Virus record (IMG/VR): IMGVR_UViG_3300049793_000366
Coordinates: 62,001-126,000 of that record
Length of the DNA stretch: 64,000 nucleotides
Direction: 5' to 3' (one strand)
The notes beneath the pieces were generated by a model. The model ran no database searches. It was not told the DNA's origin and saw only the letters and a program-made list of their open reading frames with translations. Every line of letters starts with the position of its first letter. Position 1 is the first letter of the stretch. This document shows positions 1-9,116 of this stretch, piece by piece. A program made the translations under genes and the position numbers.

Positions 1-158
1 TGTTTATCTCTGTCCTTATTCTCTTCTTCTGTTAATTCATTTACCAATTTGACAACTTCTTCAAATTGCCAAAAAGGTAAATTATTAGCATCCGTCTCAG
101 ACATATGATAGTGCTTACTAAGCAATAGTTTATTTTTTAATAAACTGGTCAAAGGCAT
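1..158 (-). CDS. gp51-like baseplate hub assembly protein (3' end runs off the window)
   Basis: Not in the ORF track. ATG at 158 gives MPLTSLLKNKLLLSKHYHMSETDANNLPFWQFEEVVKLVNELTEEENKDRDK, resembling T4 gp51-like proteins. It overlaps the end of the gp26-like gene. Confidence 0.55.
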   Translation of the reverse strand, partial: MPLTSLLKNKLLLSKHYHMSETDANNLPFWQFEEVVKLVNELTEEENKDRDK

Positions 159-1071
159 CTGGAAGAGAGAAAATAGCTGACGGTCCGTTGGGAAATACCA
201 TATCAGTGTGGACCTCCTCGCCACACTGGGTACATTTCTTTTTTAAATTCTTAATACCAAACTGCATTTTATTAACAGCCGCATTTAAGAATTGGAAAGA
301 AGGAATAGACATTTGTTGGAATTCTAATAACTTAGATTTAATACCATCAACTGTAATACCATTTCTACCAACTAATGTGAATGGAATAATTTTCAAGAAT
401 GATAAGTTTGGTGTTTTCTTATCATTGTATTCCTTTACAATATATTCAGTGAATGACTTCTGTAACCCAATTGTTGGTGGTGCAATTTTAAACACAGAAC
501 CTTCAACTGTTTCGAAGATAAATTGTTTTTCAATGCTATCGAAATACTTATCAAGTGCTTCCGGCATTAAATGATGTTCAAAGTTTTGACGCTTTAATTC
601 AACTGATAATTCGCACCCACATTGACAAGTAGCATTTGTAGACAATATGTTACCAGCTTGGAATGTTAACTCACGAATTAAGAATATTAAGTATATTCTA
701 TCACCATCTTTAACATCCATGTATGAACCAACTCTATCATCAACATACTTTACACGAACGCAAGCAGATAGCATATCATTCATTTTTTCAATCATATCAT
801 AGAAGTTTTTATCATCTACCATTGAATATGCTTGAATTTCTTTTACCTGTGCCGCACGTACCATTATTTTAGTACCGTTTTGATAGAACATACCAAGCGG
901 TAAATCTTTAGCATCAAACGCGAAATACTGTAAATCTGCTATACGACCAGTATCTTCTTGTTTTAGCCCTTTAATAGATTCCTCAAATTGTGGAACCTTT
1001 GTTTTATTTACGTCAGTTTCATCTAAATACTTTTTTAGAAATTCTTCTTCGTTAATCTGAGATTGTGTCAT
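130..1071 (-). CDS. Baseplate hub subunit, T4 gp26-like
   Basis: DLPLGMFY...KIMVRAAQVKEI start, CQCG and C-terminal CTQC motifs; lies next to the sheath gene and the gp51-like ORF. Confidence 0.65.
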   Translation of the reverse strand: MTQSQINEEEFLKKYLDETDVNKTKVPQFEESIKGLKQEDTGRIADLQYFAFDAKDLPLGMFYQNGTKIMVRAAQVKEIQAYSMVDDKNFYDMIEKMNDMLSACVRVKYVDDRVGSYMDVKDGDRIYLIFLIRELTFQAGNILSTNATCQCGCELSVELKRQNFEHHLMPEALDKYFDSIEKQFIFETVEGSVFKIAPPTIGLQKSFTEYIVKEYNDKKTPNLSFLKIIPFTLVGRNGITVDGIKSKLLEFQQMSIPSFQFLNAAVNKMQFGIKNLKKKCTQCGEEVHTDMVFPNGPSAIFSLPDAFDQFIKK

Positions 1072-1155
1072 ATGACTTTATTATTTTTATCGATATCCTC
1101 TATTATAGAATTATATATTGGATTGTTTTCGATTCCCACCTCAATTGATGCAAAT

Positions 1156-1183
1156 AAAAAAGCCTTGATTTCTCAAGGCTTTT
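1156..1183 (-). terminator. Intrinsic terminator after the tail sheath gene
   Basis: AAAAAAGCCTTGA-TTTC-TCAAGGCTTTT inverted repeat with a U-tract on the minus strand. Confidence 0.8.
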
Positions 1184-1204
1184 GAATTATTAGTTTTTAA
1201 GTGA

Positions 1205-4200
1205 TTATGGGTTTAAGAAACCACCTGACTGAATAGCACCAGTTCTAAGAACCGTAACGTTATTCACAATAACACCCATACCTTTTATCGGTTCAACATA
1301 AGTATCTAAGACACCAAATTGATTATCGATAATTTCAGAAGTATTATTTTCTTCGTCAATCTTATTGAAGAAATTAAATAAACCATTTCTGTTTACAAAT
1401 CTCTCGCAGATTGCGTCAGCTTTTAACTTAATCTCTGCTCTAACATCTGGAGTATTGTACTTCCATTGGTAGTTTAATAACATAGCAGCTATTTCTTTCT
1501 CAAGCTCAATTAGAACCTCTCTAACGTGAATGAATGATAAAGCTGACCTTAATAATGTCTGAGCAGTGTTTTCAGTTTCAATTACGAAACCTCTGTTCTT
1601 CTTAGACACGATTGGATTGGCGTGCATTCCATTCAAGTTTTCAATGTCTTCTGAGTTGAAATTCATCTCAAGAGCGCCGATACCAGTAACAACACCGTTA
1701 GTAACACCAGCCGCGATTGTCCAAGGCGTAACGTTAGTTTGATTGCTGTTAATCTTTCTCATATACGTTGTCGCAACGAATGATGCTGGTGGGAATTCAG
1801 TAGGTCTTCCATTATCGTTTATGATAACATAAGGAGCGAAATAACCAACTGTTGACACACCTGCTCCTTCTGCGAAAGAGTATAAGAATGCTGGGCTTGA
1901 CTCAGGATCTCCACCTAAAGCTATATAGCTTGTTTGTAGAACACCTTCTGTATTTACGAATGTAGGTGATGTAGAGTTCTTAAAGCTTCTCATAGAAGGC
2001 ATATTTAAGAAACCAAATACATCTAATCTAGCACCGCAAACGTCAGCTAATTGTTGTTTAGATAACTCAGTTAAACCTAAACCGAAAGAGTCAGTTAAAT
2101 AACGGAAGCTGATAGCCTCTTTATCTGTTAACGCTTTGAAAAGGTTTGTACCTTTTGCTACCAAGTTCAGAATTCTATTCTGTCTTTCTTCTGTACCATC
2201 AGGCATAGAATCTTGACGGATTTTAAATCCTTTAAGTGCGATAGCTTTGTAAGTAGTTACGTAGTCATCAACTGCTGTGATTCTGTTAGTTTGAAGGTCA
2301 CCATTGAAGTCGTATGTTTTGATACGAGCATCACAAGTGATTTCAACTAAAGTTGTATCAGCAGCATATAATTTTTTGCTTGTAATTCTTGTTAATCTTT
2401 TTGGAATACCATTTGCTGAATCGTAATCAACATCAGATGGATCATTCTCAGGAGCAATATAAGCTTCTAAGTAGTCACCAACCTTAACTTCAGTGTAACG
2501 TGAACCGTTAACTAAAATCTTGTTTGGAGATTGAACATATCCTGTTGGTACTTCAATTTCAACACCTTGTCTGTAATTAGACTTCTGTGACTTAACAACA
2601 ACAGTAGTGTTTAAAGCTACGTCTGTAATAGGCTCAGCAGAAGATAATAAAGAATCAGTGAAAGCAACTTTAAGGTTGTTAGAACCATCAAGGTATGCTT
2701 TAATGAAGTGCTTAACAAGCGCATTCCACATTGTAGATACATCAGTCAATGATTCTGTTGTTACAGACTCGTTAACTTTAAATGCTCTATAATTAGCAGC
2801 TGGTGAATAACCAATAGCAGCTGCGAAGTTATTAGGGTCAATAACAGTTAATGTTCCTGTGTTCGATACTGAATCAGGGAATAATACCTTTTGATTAGTA
2901 GTGAATGTTGGGAAACTTGCTAAGTTGTTAGTGTTGTAGAATACAACGTAACCCTGACCAGTAGCAGTAACGAATGATACGTCAAATGGCTCAGCTAAAA
3001 TATTCTCGTAGAAATAGTCACCACTTTCGATGATACCATCGTTGTAGTTCTTATATAAAGACGAGTATTTAGCAACGATACCATCAGAAGATGTACCAGT
3101 TAATACTGCGGCTGTGTTTTTAGTAGACATACCATACTCAGCGAAGATTAACTCATCATCGATTGTATAGAATCCTAATACACCATTAGCAACATCAGTT
3201 AAAATAGTTGATGATAAGCCAGTTGCTAATGTGAATTTCTTATTAGCAGTAGAAGCAGTAACAACATTTGATAATGTCATAGTTGCTAATGAACGCTTTT
3301 CATTACCATCAACAACCATAGTCATTTTAGACTTGTTTGGTGAATCTAAAAGGTTAATTAAGTGGTTGAAGAATTTGAATCTTCTATATTGTCCGTAGTT
3401 TGCTGTTGAAGCAACTGCGTTAGTAGCTAACATTTCAACAGTTACATCACCACCAGTTGCTACTGTTACAGTGTAATCAGAACCAAGTGCTAATTCAACA
3501 TAACCAGAACCATTTACTGTGTAATCAGTATATACCGCGTTTTGAATTTGATTTATACCAGCTACAGTTTTGATACCGAATACAACGTGACCTAAAACTA
3601 TATCAGTTGTTCCAACTGCTACGTTTGATGAGCTTGTAGTATTTTCGTATTTTCCAATAGTACCTGTTGTATCTAATACGTAAGTAGTAGAGTAAGTTAA
3701 AGTAGATGCTGTAATACCAATGTATGAAGTAGGGTCAATTGTGAATGAACCAGTACCAGCAACATTGATTTGAACACCACCGATAACAGTGTATGCGTTA
3801 GCAGCCGCACCATAAGTAATAGTAGCAGAAGCAGTAGCGTAACTGAAAGTAGCAAGTGTAACACCATCAACATAACCCTCAGCGAAATAAGCTGAACGAA
3901 TTGTTGAACCAGTTAAACCTCTCAATTGAGAAGCTGTACCATCGATTGCTGAAACGTTTCCAGCTCTATCAAGGTATGTGTTGTTATATGTAACAGCTTC
4001 GATAATAGAATCCTTATAAGATAAGAATTCGATATCAGTGATGTCATCATTTGAAATTAAGTTGTTACCAACTATATCAATTAAACCATTTGGAGAATCT
4101 GTTTCAAGAGCTTCTGCGTTGAAAGCACAGAATAAACCTGTTTTGTCAGTATCTCTATTGACAACAGTTTCAACGAAAATGTTTCTTCCGTTTTTATCTC

Positions 4201-4996
4201 TAAAATATGGCACTAAAGATAAACCTTCGTAAAAGTTTAAAATGTTTACATTTCTATCATTGATAAAGTTAAGAACTTGGTCTTTCTTAAGACCAGATGT
4301 ATTAAAGTAGTTACCCCATCTTGAGTCAACTGATAATACAGCGTAGTTTGACCAATCACCTGATACAACAATAATGTCAACCATATAATCAGAAACTAAG
4401 TCATTGGCATATACATACGATGGTATTTTATCGGCAGAACCATAGTAGTCTAACATTGTTTGATTGTACCCTGTAATCTTAGATTTAACTGCGAATACAG
4501 TAATAGTCTTATCAGACATATTAGTAAACTGCATTACTCTTTGACTTGCGTTTGGATTGTTTTTAACAATATTTAAAAACGATTCTGTGTCTTTTGTCCA
4601 GAAACCAGTTGTGTCGAAGAATCTTCTATAAGCACCTGTTTTAACAGTATCGTTTAAATACTGTGTAGAAGTTGACAATGACTTATACTCTAATAAGTCT
4701 AAAGTGTCATCAGTTGCCAATAGATTCATAGCCCATACTGGACTAGATTCTAACATCTTAGTTACTGTTCTGTGGAAGTAAGAACCTTTCTTCTCCATAT
4801 TTCTGTCAATAGGACCAAAAATCTTTTCAAGGTCATTAACATTGTTTAGTAACACTGGATTATTAACAGGACCTTTTCTTGAAAAACCAATAACCATAGT
4901 AGTCAAACCTTGTACGATTGGGGTCTGAATTGCTGAGTTATCGAATTCTTCTATAAAGATTCCAGGTCTTTTGTATTTACCAATTTGAACTGCCAT
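1205..4996 (-). CDS. gp18: Contractile tail sheath protein with a large central insertion
   Basis: N-terminus RPGIFIEEFD...GFSRKGPVNNP; C-terminal sheath motifs PPASFVA, WTIAAG, FIHVREVLIELEK, IDEENNT, YVEP. Confidence 0.92.
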   Translation of the reverse strand: MAVQIGKYKRPGIFIEEFDNSAIQTPIVQGLTTMVIGFSRKGPVNNPVLLNNVNDLEKIFGPIDRNMEKKGSYFHRTVTKMLESSPVWAMNLLATDDTLDLLEYKSLSTSTQYLNDTVKTGAYRRFFDTTGFWTKDTESFLNIVKNNPNASQRVMQFTNMSDKTITVFAVKSKITGYNQTMLDYYGSADKIPSYVYANDLVSDYMVDIIVVSGDWSNYAVLSVDSRWGNYFNTSGLKKDQVLNFINDRNVNILNFYEGLSLVPYFRDKNGRNIFVETVVNRDTDKTGLFCAFNAEALETDSPNGLIDIVGNNLISNDDITDIEFLSYKDSIIEAVTYNNTYLDRAGNVSAIDGTASQLRGLTGSTIRSAYFAEGYVDGVTLATFSYATASATITYGAAANAYTVIGGVQINVAGTGSFTIDPTSYIGITASTLTYSTTYVLDTTGTIGKYENTTSSSNVAVGTTDIVLGHVVFGIKTVAGINQIQNAVYTDYTVNGSGYVELALGSDYTVTVATGGDVTVEMLATNAVASTANYGQYRRFKFFNHLINLLDSPNKSKMTMVVDGNEKRSLATMTLSNVVTASTANKKFTLATGLSSTILTDVANGVLGFYTIDDELIFAEYGMSTKNTAAVLTGTSSDGIVAKYSSLYKNYNDGIIESGDYFYENILAEPFDVSFVTATGQGYVVFYNTNNLASFPTFTTNQKVLFPDSVSNTGTLTVIDPNNFAAAIGYSPAANYRAFKVNESVTTESLTDVSTMWNALVKHFIKAYLDGSNNLKVAFTDSLLSSAEPITDVALNTTVVVKSQKSNYRQGVEIEVPTGYVQSPNKILVNGSRYTEVKVGDYLEAYIAPENDPSDVDYDSANGIPKRLTRITSKKLYAADTTLVEITCDARIKTYDFNGDLQTNRITAVDDYVTTYKAIALKGFKIRQDSMPDGTEERQNRILNLVAKGTNLFKALTDKEAISFRYLTDSFGLGLTELSKQQLADVCGARLDVFGFLNMPSMRSFKNSTSPTFVNTEGVLQTSYIALGGDPESSPAFLYSFAEGAGVSTVGYFAPYVIINDNGRPTEFPPASFVATTYMRKINSNQTNVTPWTIAAGVTNGVVTGIGALEMNFNSEDIENLNGMHANPIVSKKNRGFVIETENTAQTLLRSALSFIHVREVLIELEKEIAAMLLNYQWKYNTPDVRAEIKLKADAICERFVNRNGLFNFFNKIDEENNTSEIIDNQFGVLDTYVEPIKGMGVIVNNVTVLRTGAIQSGGFLNP

Positions 4997-5060
4997 ATTA
5001 ACTTTATTAATTTTATTTTATATATAAAAAAACAAAAACGATATTTTGTGAGTTTTGCTC

Positions 5061-5570
5061 TTACTTGTTAGTGTTAAGCAATTCCTTCTTTGTAGTTTCT
5101 ATCTCTGTTTTCATATATTTATCGAAATCCTGATAATCTTTATTAACCTTACTCTTCAACGCTGTTAACTCATCTGTTAACTTTTTATTATCATTTTGTA
5201 TTTGTGATAGTTGCGCTGCATTTTGTGATGCTAATGTTTTATCAGTTGTACTCTTTAAGTCATTTGTTTTATCCTGACCATCTTTAATACTTTTTTCTAT
5301 CTCACTTGCTCTTCTTTCGCTTTTAAGTATTTGAGCATATTTCAATAGATAGGCGTTCGGGATTTTAACACTACCGTTGACTACATTTGCTTTATCTAAA
5401 ATTCTCTTAGCTAAAGCATCAGGGTCTTCATTTGCATTATTCAAATAGATTGATTTCAATTGACCAGCAAAGGACTTATAATCCTTAACCATTTTACTTT
5501 TTGTTTCTAAACTTTGCGTTATAGATTTATCTAGGTCGTTAAACTCTTCGAACAATGCGATGTATTTCAT
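5061..5570 (-). CDS. Coiled-coil protein with capsid-targeting-like leader (putative internal head protein)
   Basis: Probable true start MKYIALFEEF at 5570, directly after an AATATATA motif (5576-5583). Confidence 0.6.
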   Translation of the reverse strand: MKYIALFEEFNDLDKSITQSLETKSKMVKDYKSFAGQLKSIYLNNANEDPDALAKRILDKANVVNGSVKIPNAYLLKYAQILKSERRASEIEKSIKDGQDKTNDLKSTTDKTLASQNAAQLSQIQNDNKKLTDELTALKSKVNKDYQDFDKYMKTEIETTKKELLNTNK

Positions 5571-5615
5571 ATAAGTATATATTAAATGAAAACATGAGTA
5601 TTTTGTCAAATAAAA

Positions 5616-5637
5616 AAGCCCTCTGATGTGAGGGCTT
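5616..5637 (-). terminator. Intrinsic terminator after the ankyrin gene
   Basis: AAGCCCTC-N6-GAGGGCTT stem with an adjacent A-tract (U-tract on the minus strand). Confidence 0.7.
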
Positions 5638-5640
5638 AGT

Positions 5641-7392
5641 TTATTGCTTGTTTTTACTGATATTATCCTTTAATAGTTTAATAATTTTTTGTGACCTAAT
5701 AGCTTCTTCGCCAGTAGAATCCTCAAGGGCAATCTCAGCCCATTTTATAGCTTGAACATATCCTCTATCAGCTCCATTTTCAATTAGCCATTGAACTAAA
5801 TCAAGGAATCCATTTTCAGCCGCAAATTTTAGTGGCATACCTTCTTTAGAGTTGATGTCAACACCTTTCTCTACTAAATATTTAATAAGTGGTAAGTTAC
5901 CTGTTCTACAAGCCGCTCTAATAGCATAAGAATCTTCGAAGTTAGGGTCAACACCATATTCTTCTACAATATACTTAACAGCATCGAAGTCACCTGATAA
6001 TGATTTAAATGCTTCCTTATTCATATTAGCACCATGTTTAAGTAATAACTTTAACATATCAAATGTTTTAACCAATGATACTGCTGTTTTATTTTTCTCA
6101 TAAGGGATATCCGGATTAGCACCATTATCCAATAAGAATTCAGCAACTTCTAAATTATTCGATTTAACAGCATTTCTAAGTGGTTTACCAGCTTCGATGT
6201 TAATATTAGCACCTTCCGCTAAACACTCTTTAATTCTATCAAGTGATGGAAGCTTTTCAGCTTTTAATTCTCTTGATGCTCTGTTATATTTTTCTTTTTG
6301 GTCTTTTTCTTCATTCGTCATTGCTCTTACAGCCGCATTCTCTTCTTCATCTAATCTTTTTCTAACTTGTCCTTCATCGATATAAGAGTCATTCTTAGTA
6401 TGTGCAGTGTCAAAAGTACCTTTCATATTAACTGTACAACCAATGATAGACTTTAAATCTGTTGGTGGTAAAGCATAGTCAAAAATAGCATACTGCTTTG
6501 TAAATTTATTCTCGTTACCAACGTATTGGTCCCAATGTCCTTGCGTTCTTGCGATACACCAGTTTGTTTGAGCGCATAATAATCGACAAGCATCAAATGA
6601 TTTTAATTCAACGATAACTCGTTCTTTTTCTTCATTCATAAATGCGATTGTAGCACCCCACTTTTCACCATATTTAGCATTAACATCTTCAACCTTCTTC
6701 AATAGTTCAGTCAAACCATCATTAGTACAAGCCTTAACGTATTGCTCCATCCTTTTAGTAGCCTCATCTGCTGTCTTAATAGCTGAAATCTTTTTGAAGA
6801 ATTCTTTTCTAAGAATTGGATCCAAATCGAATAGACCAATAGCAGCACCATCAAATCTTTCTTTTAATTTACCAGTGATACGCAAAACGTCATGTTTTAA
6901 CTCAGATGGTAACTCATCAATAATCTTTTTTACCTTACGGTAGTTTTTAATACGTTCGATATCATCGACTAAATCTTCATAAGCTGTTCTATCTTCAAGA
7001 CCATATCTCTTTTCAGATTCTAAATATTTATCAACTTGTTTAGGAAGCTTGTTTAAGCTATCTCGATTTTCAAGTAATGTATTATACAATGCTGTTAAAT
7101 CATCCATTGATACTTTATCTCTAAAAAAGAATCTTGTGAATACCTCAGTATAACCTGGGTTTCTTTCAACAAGTTTTTTAATTTTTAAGAAGTCAGGATC
7201 ATTTTCAGCCTTTCTAATTTCGTCTGGTGTTAATTTAGCTTGAACTGGTGCTTCTCCCTCTTTAGGTTCAACAGGAGTTTCACCCTCTGTTTTAGAAGCT
7301 AAATATGTATCACGCATGAATTTTTTAGCATTCTGTACGTTTTCATTGACAGTTTCTTTGTTTATAAAGTCGTTGTATTTACGCAAATTCAT
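5641..7392 (-). CDS. Ankyrin-repeat protein with N-terminal domain and capsid-targeting-like leader
   Basis: C-terminal ankyrin-like repeats (PLRNAVKSNNLEVAEFLLDNGANPD, AIRAACRTGNLPLIKYLVEKGVDIN, PLKFAAENGFLDLVQWLIENGAD); N-terminus MNLRKYNDFINKETVNE; central TNWCIA..W..Y motif. Confidence 0.85.
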   Translation of the reverse strand: MNLRKYNDFINKETVNENVQNAKKFMRDTYLASKTEGETPVEPKEGEAPVQAKLTPDEIRKAENDPDFLKIKKLVERNPGYTEVFTRFFFRDKVSMDDLTALYNTLLENRDSLNKLPKQVDKYLESEKRYGLEDRTAYEDLVDDIERIKNYRKVKKIIDELPSELKHDVLRITGKLKERFDGAAIGLFDLDPILRKEFFKKISAIKTADEATKRMEQYVKACTNDGLTELLKKVEDVNAKYGEKWGATIAFMNEEKERVIVELKSFDACRLLCAQTNWCIARTQGHWDQYVGNENKFTKQYAIFDYALPPTDLKSIIGCTVNMKGTFDTAHTKNDSYIDEGQVRKRLDEEENAAVRAMTNEEKDQKEKYNRASRELKAEKLPSLDRIKECLAEGANINIEAGKPLRNAVKSNNLEVAEFLLDNGANPDIPYEKNKTAVSLVKTFDMLKLLLKHGANMNKEAFKSLSGDFDAVKYIVEEYGVDPNFEDSYAIRAACRTGNLPLIKYLVEKGVDINSKEGMPLKFAAENGFLDLVQWLIENGADRGYVQAIKWAEIALEDSTGEEAIRSQKIIKLLKDNISKNKQ

Positions 7393-7395
7393 ATA

Positions 7396-8796
7396 TTACT
7401 TATTAATTTTTGATTCTTCTATTAAGTTAGCCTCGCGTAAATAAATCTCTACGGACATACTATCCTTTATAAAGCCAGAAAGCTTTTTAACTTTTTCATA
7501 ATCTTTAGCATCTAAGGCATCATCAATCTCACTACGTAAATCACTTTGAGACCATCCTGAATAATCTGTATCATCTGATTTAGTTTCTTGTGGTGTTTCA
7601 GCTTGAGTTGGTTCAGTATTATAGTCATCTTCACCATCATTTGGTAAAGCAGTATTATAATCATAATCCTTAAGCTCCTTAATTGTAGCAGCTATTAAGC
7701 TATCAACCTGAGTTCTAGCTTCATCTGTTTTCATTAAGATACCCTTCATTAACTTTAAGAAGTCCTCTGCTGGTAATACTATCATTTTACCAAATACAAA
7801 TTCTCTAATATTTGGAAAGTCATCAACACTTGTATTTACATTTAAGAAATCACGTAAGTCAGCTGCTACTTCTGGTCCGTATCTGAAATCCTCAGCTTCG
7901 TCTTCAAATGTATCAGTATTCATTAATACCTTTTTAGCAAGTTCTTCACTTCCTGGTATTCCTGCTGATGTTATTAATTCATAAATACCCTTAACTGCTT
8001 CGTGTAATAACATTGGAAAGTCAACACCGATTGCTTTAACTGTAATTTCAAATTCATTATATGATTCTTCTTGTTCTTCTTGTGCTTCTTCCTCTTTTTC
8101 CTCTTCCTTATTAGGGTCTTCTGGTTTATACTCTTTTGGTTTCCATTCAACTTTACAAGCTCCTGCTAAACCTTCTGGTACATTTTCCATCATATCACTC
8201 TTAGCTTCGATAGGAATAATCCAGTCTAACTTATCAGCAATAGAAGTAATTTCATTCCATACTTGAAATGCTCTTTCACCATCACGCTCACCTAATATTT
8301 GTTTAATGCCTTCTTTAACTTCTGGCATATTTAAGATGTGCTTTGTATTCTTAGCCTCACCTTGTGTTATAAGGTTTGCTATTTTTCTTTTATCAACTTC
8401 CGATTTCAATTCTGGATCTTCAACCTTTCTCAATTCTGGTAGTTTACAAGTTTCAGAATCACAATCATCCATAAAGTTTTTAACTGCTCTTCTACCACGA
8501 GCAAACTTAATATCCAATTTGATACCATCTAAGATAGCACCATAATTATCCATAATAACTTTAGTAGCTAAATTCTCAAGTTCTACTTCTTTACCAGAAA
8601 TTATTCCTTGTGATTCACCGACTAATTGCATAATCCTTGGTATTAGTGTGTGTGAATTTGTACGGTCATTAATACCGAATCTCTCTTTTGCTCTATCCTC
8701 TACGCTTTTAACGTACTTAGGTTCACTTCCCTTACCTGGAATACCATCATTATCTTTAATGCTGATTTCTTCTAAAAACTTCTTATAATCCTTCAT
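7396..8796 (-). CDS. Hypothetical protein (LLHEAVKG motif, short UVR-like helical pair near the C-terminus)
   Basis: 466-aa ORF starting MKDYKKFLEE; overlaps the upstream gene by a TAATG junction. Confidence 0.6.
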   Translation of the reverse strand: MKDYKKFLEEISIKDNDGIPGKGSEPKYVKSVEDRAKERFGINDRTNSHTLIPRIMQLVGESQGIISGKEVELENLATKVIMDNYGAILDGIKLDIKFARGRRAVKNFMDDCDSETCKLPELRKVEDPELKSEVDKRKIANLITQGEAKNTKHILNMPEVKEGIKQILGERDGERAFQVWNEITSIADKLDWIIPIEAKSDMMENVPEGLAGACKVEWKPKEYKPEDPNKEEEKEEEAQEEQEESYNEFEITVKAIGVDFPMLLHEAVKGIYELITSAGIPGSEELAKKVLMNTDTFEDEAEDFRYGPEVAADLRDFLNVNTSVDDFPNIREFVFGKMIVLPAEDFLKLMKGILMKTDEARTQVDSLIAATIKELKDYDYNTALPNDGEDDYNTEPTQAETPQETKSDDTDYSGWSQSDLRSEIDDALDAKDYEKVKKLSGFIKDSMSVEIYLREANLIEESKINK

Positions 8797-9029
8797 TATT
8801 TAACATAAGTTTTGATATCGTCGCCAGCATCATTTAAAAGGGCGATAAATCTTTTAGCAACATCCTCAGCACTTGCTTTAGGAGCAGGTTCAACAGATGG
8901 CTTATCTCTTCTTATTGGAGATGGTCTGCTTGGTCTTGGTGTTGTTGTAGGCTTGATACCAGGCGTTGTTGTAGGCTTAGTAGCCGGCTCAGCCATAGCA
9001 AAGGATTCAAATTTTTTAAGATATTTCAT
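8796..9029 (-). CDS. Small Pro/Thr-rich protein with capsid-targeting-like leader
   Basis: MKYLKKFESF leader, KPTTTP repeated twice; TATATATA at 9054-9061 upstream. Confidence 0.65.
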   Translation of the reverse strand: MKYLKKFESFAMAEPATKPTTTPGIKPTTTPRPSRPSPIRRDKPSVEPAPKASAEDVAKRFIALLNDAGDDIKTYVK

Positions 9030-9078
9030 AATTTCGGACTTTTACGTTTGCTGTATATATAAAATATTTAATTTTAAT

Positions 9079-9109
9079 TTTGAAAATTAAATTATTTTGC
9101 CTATATTTG
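9079..9109 (+). promoter_or_regulatory. Bacteroidota housekeeping-sigma promoter upstream of the ligase
   Basis: TTTG (9079-9082), 19-nt spacer, TATATTTG (9102-9109): matches the -33/-7 consensus TTTG-N19-21-TAnnTTTG. Confidence 0.8.
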
Positions 9110-9116
9110 TACAAAA

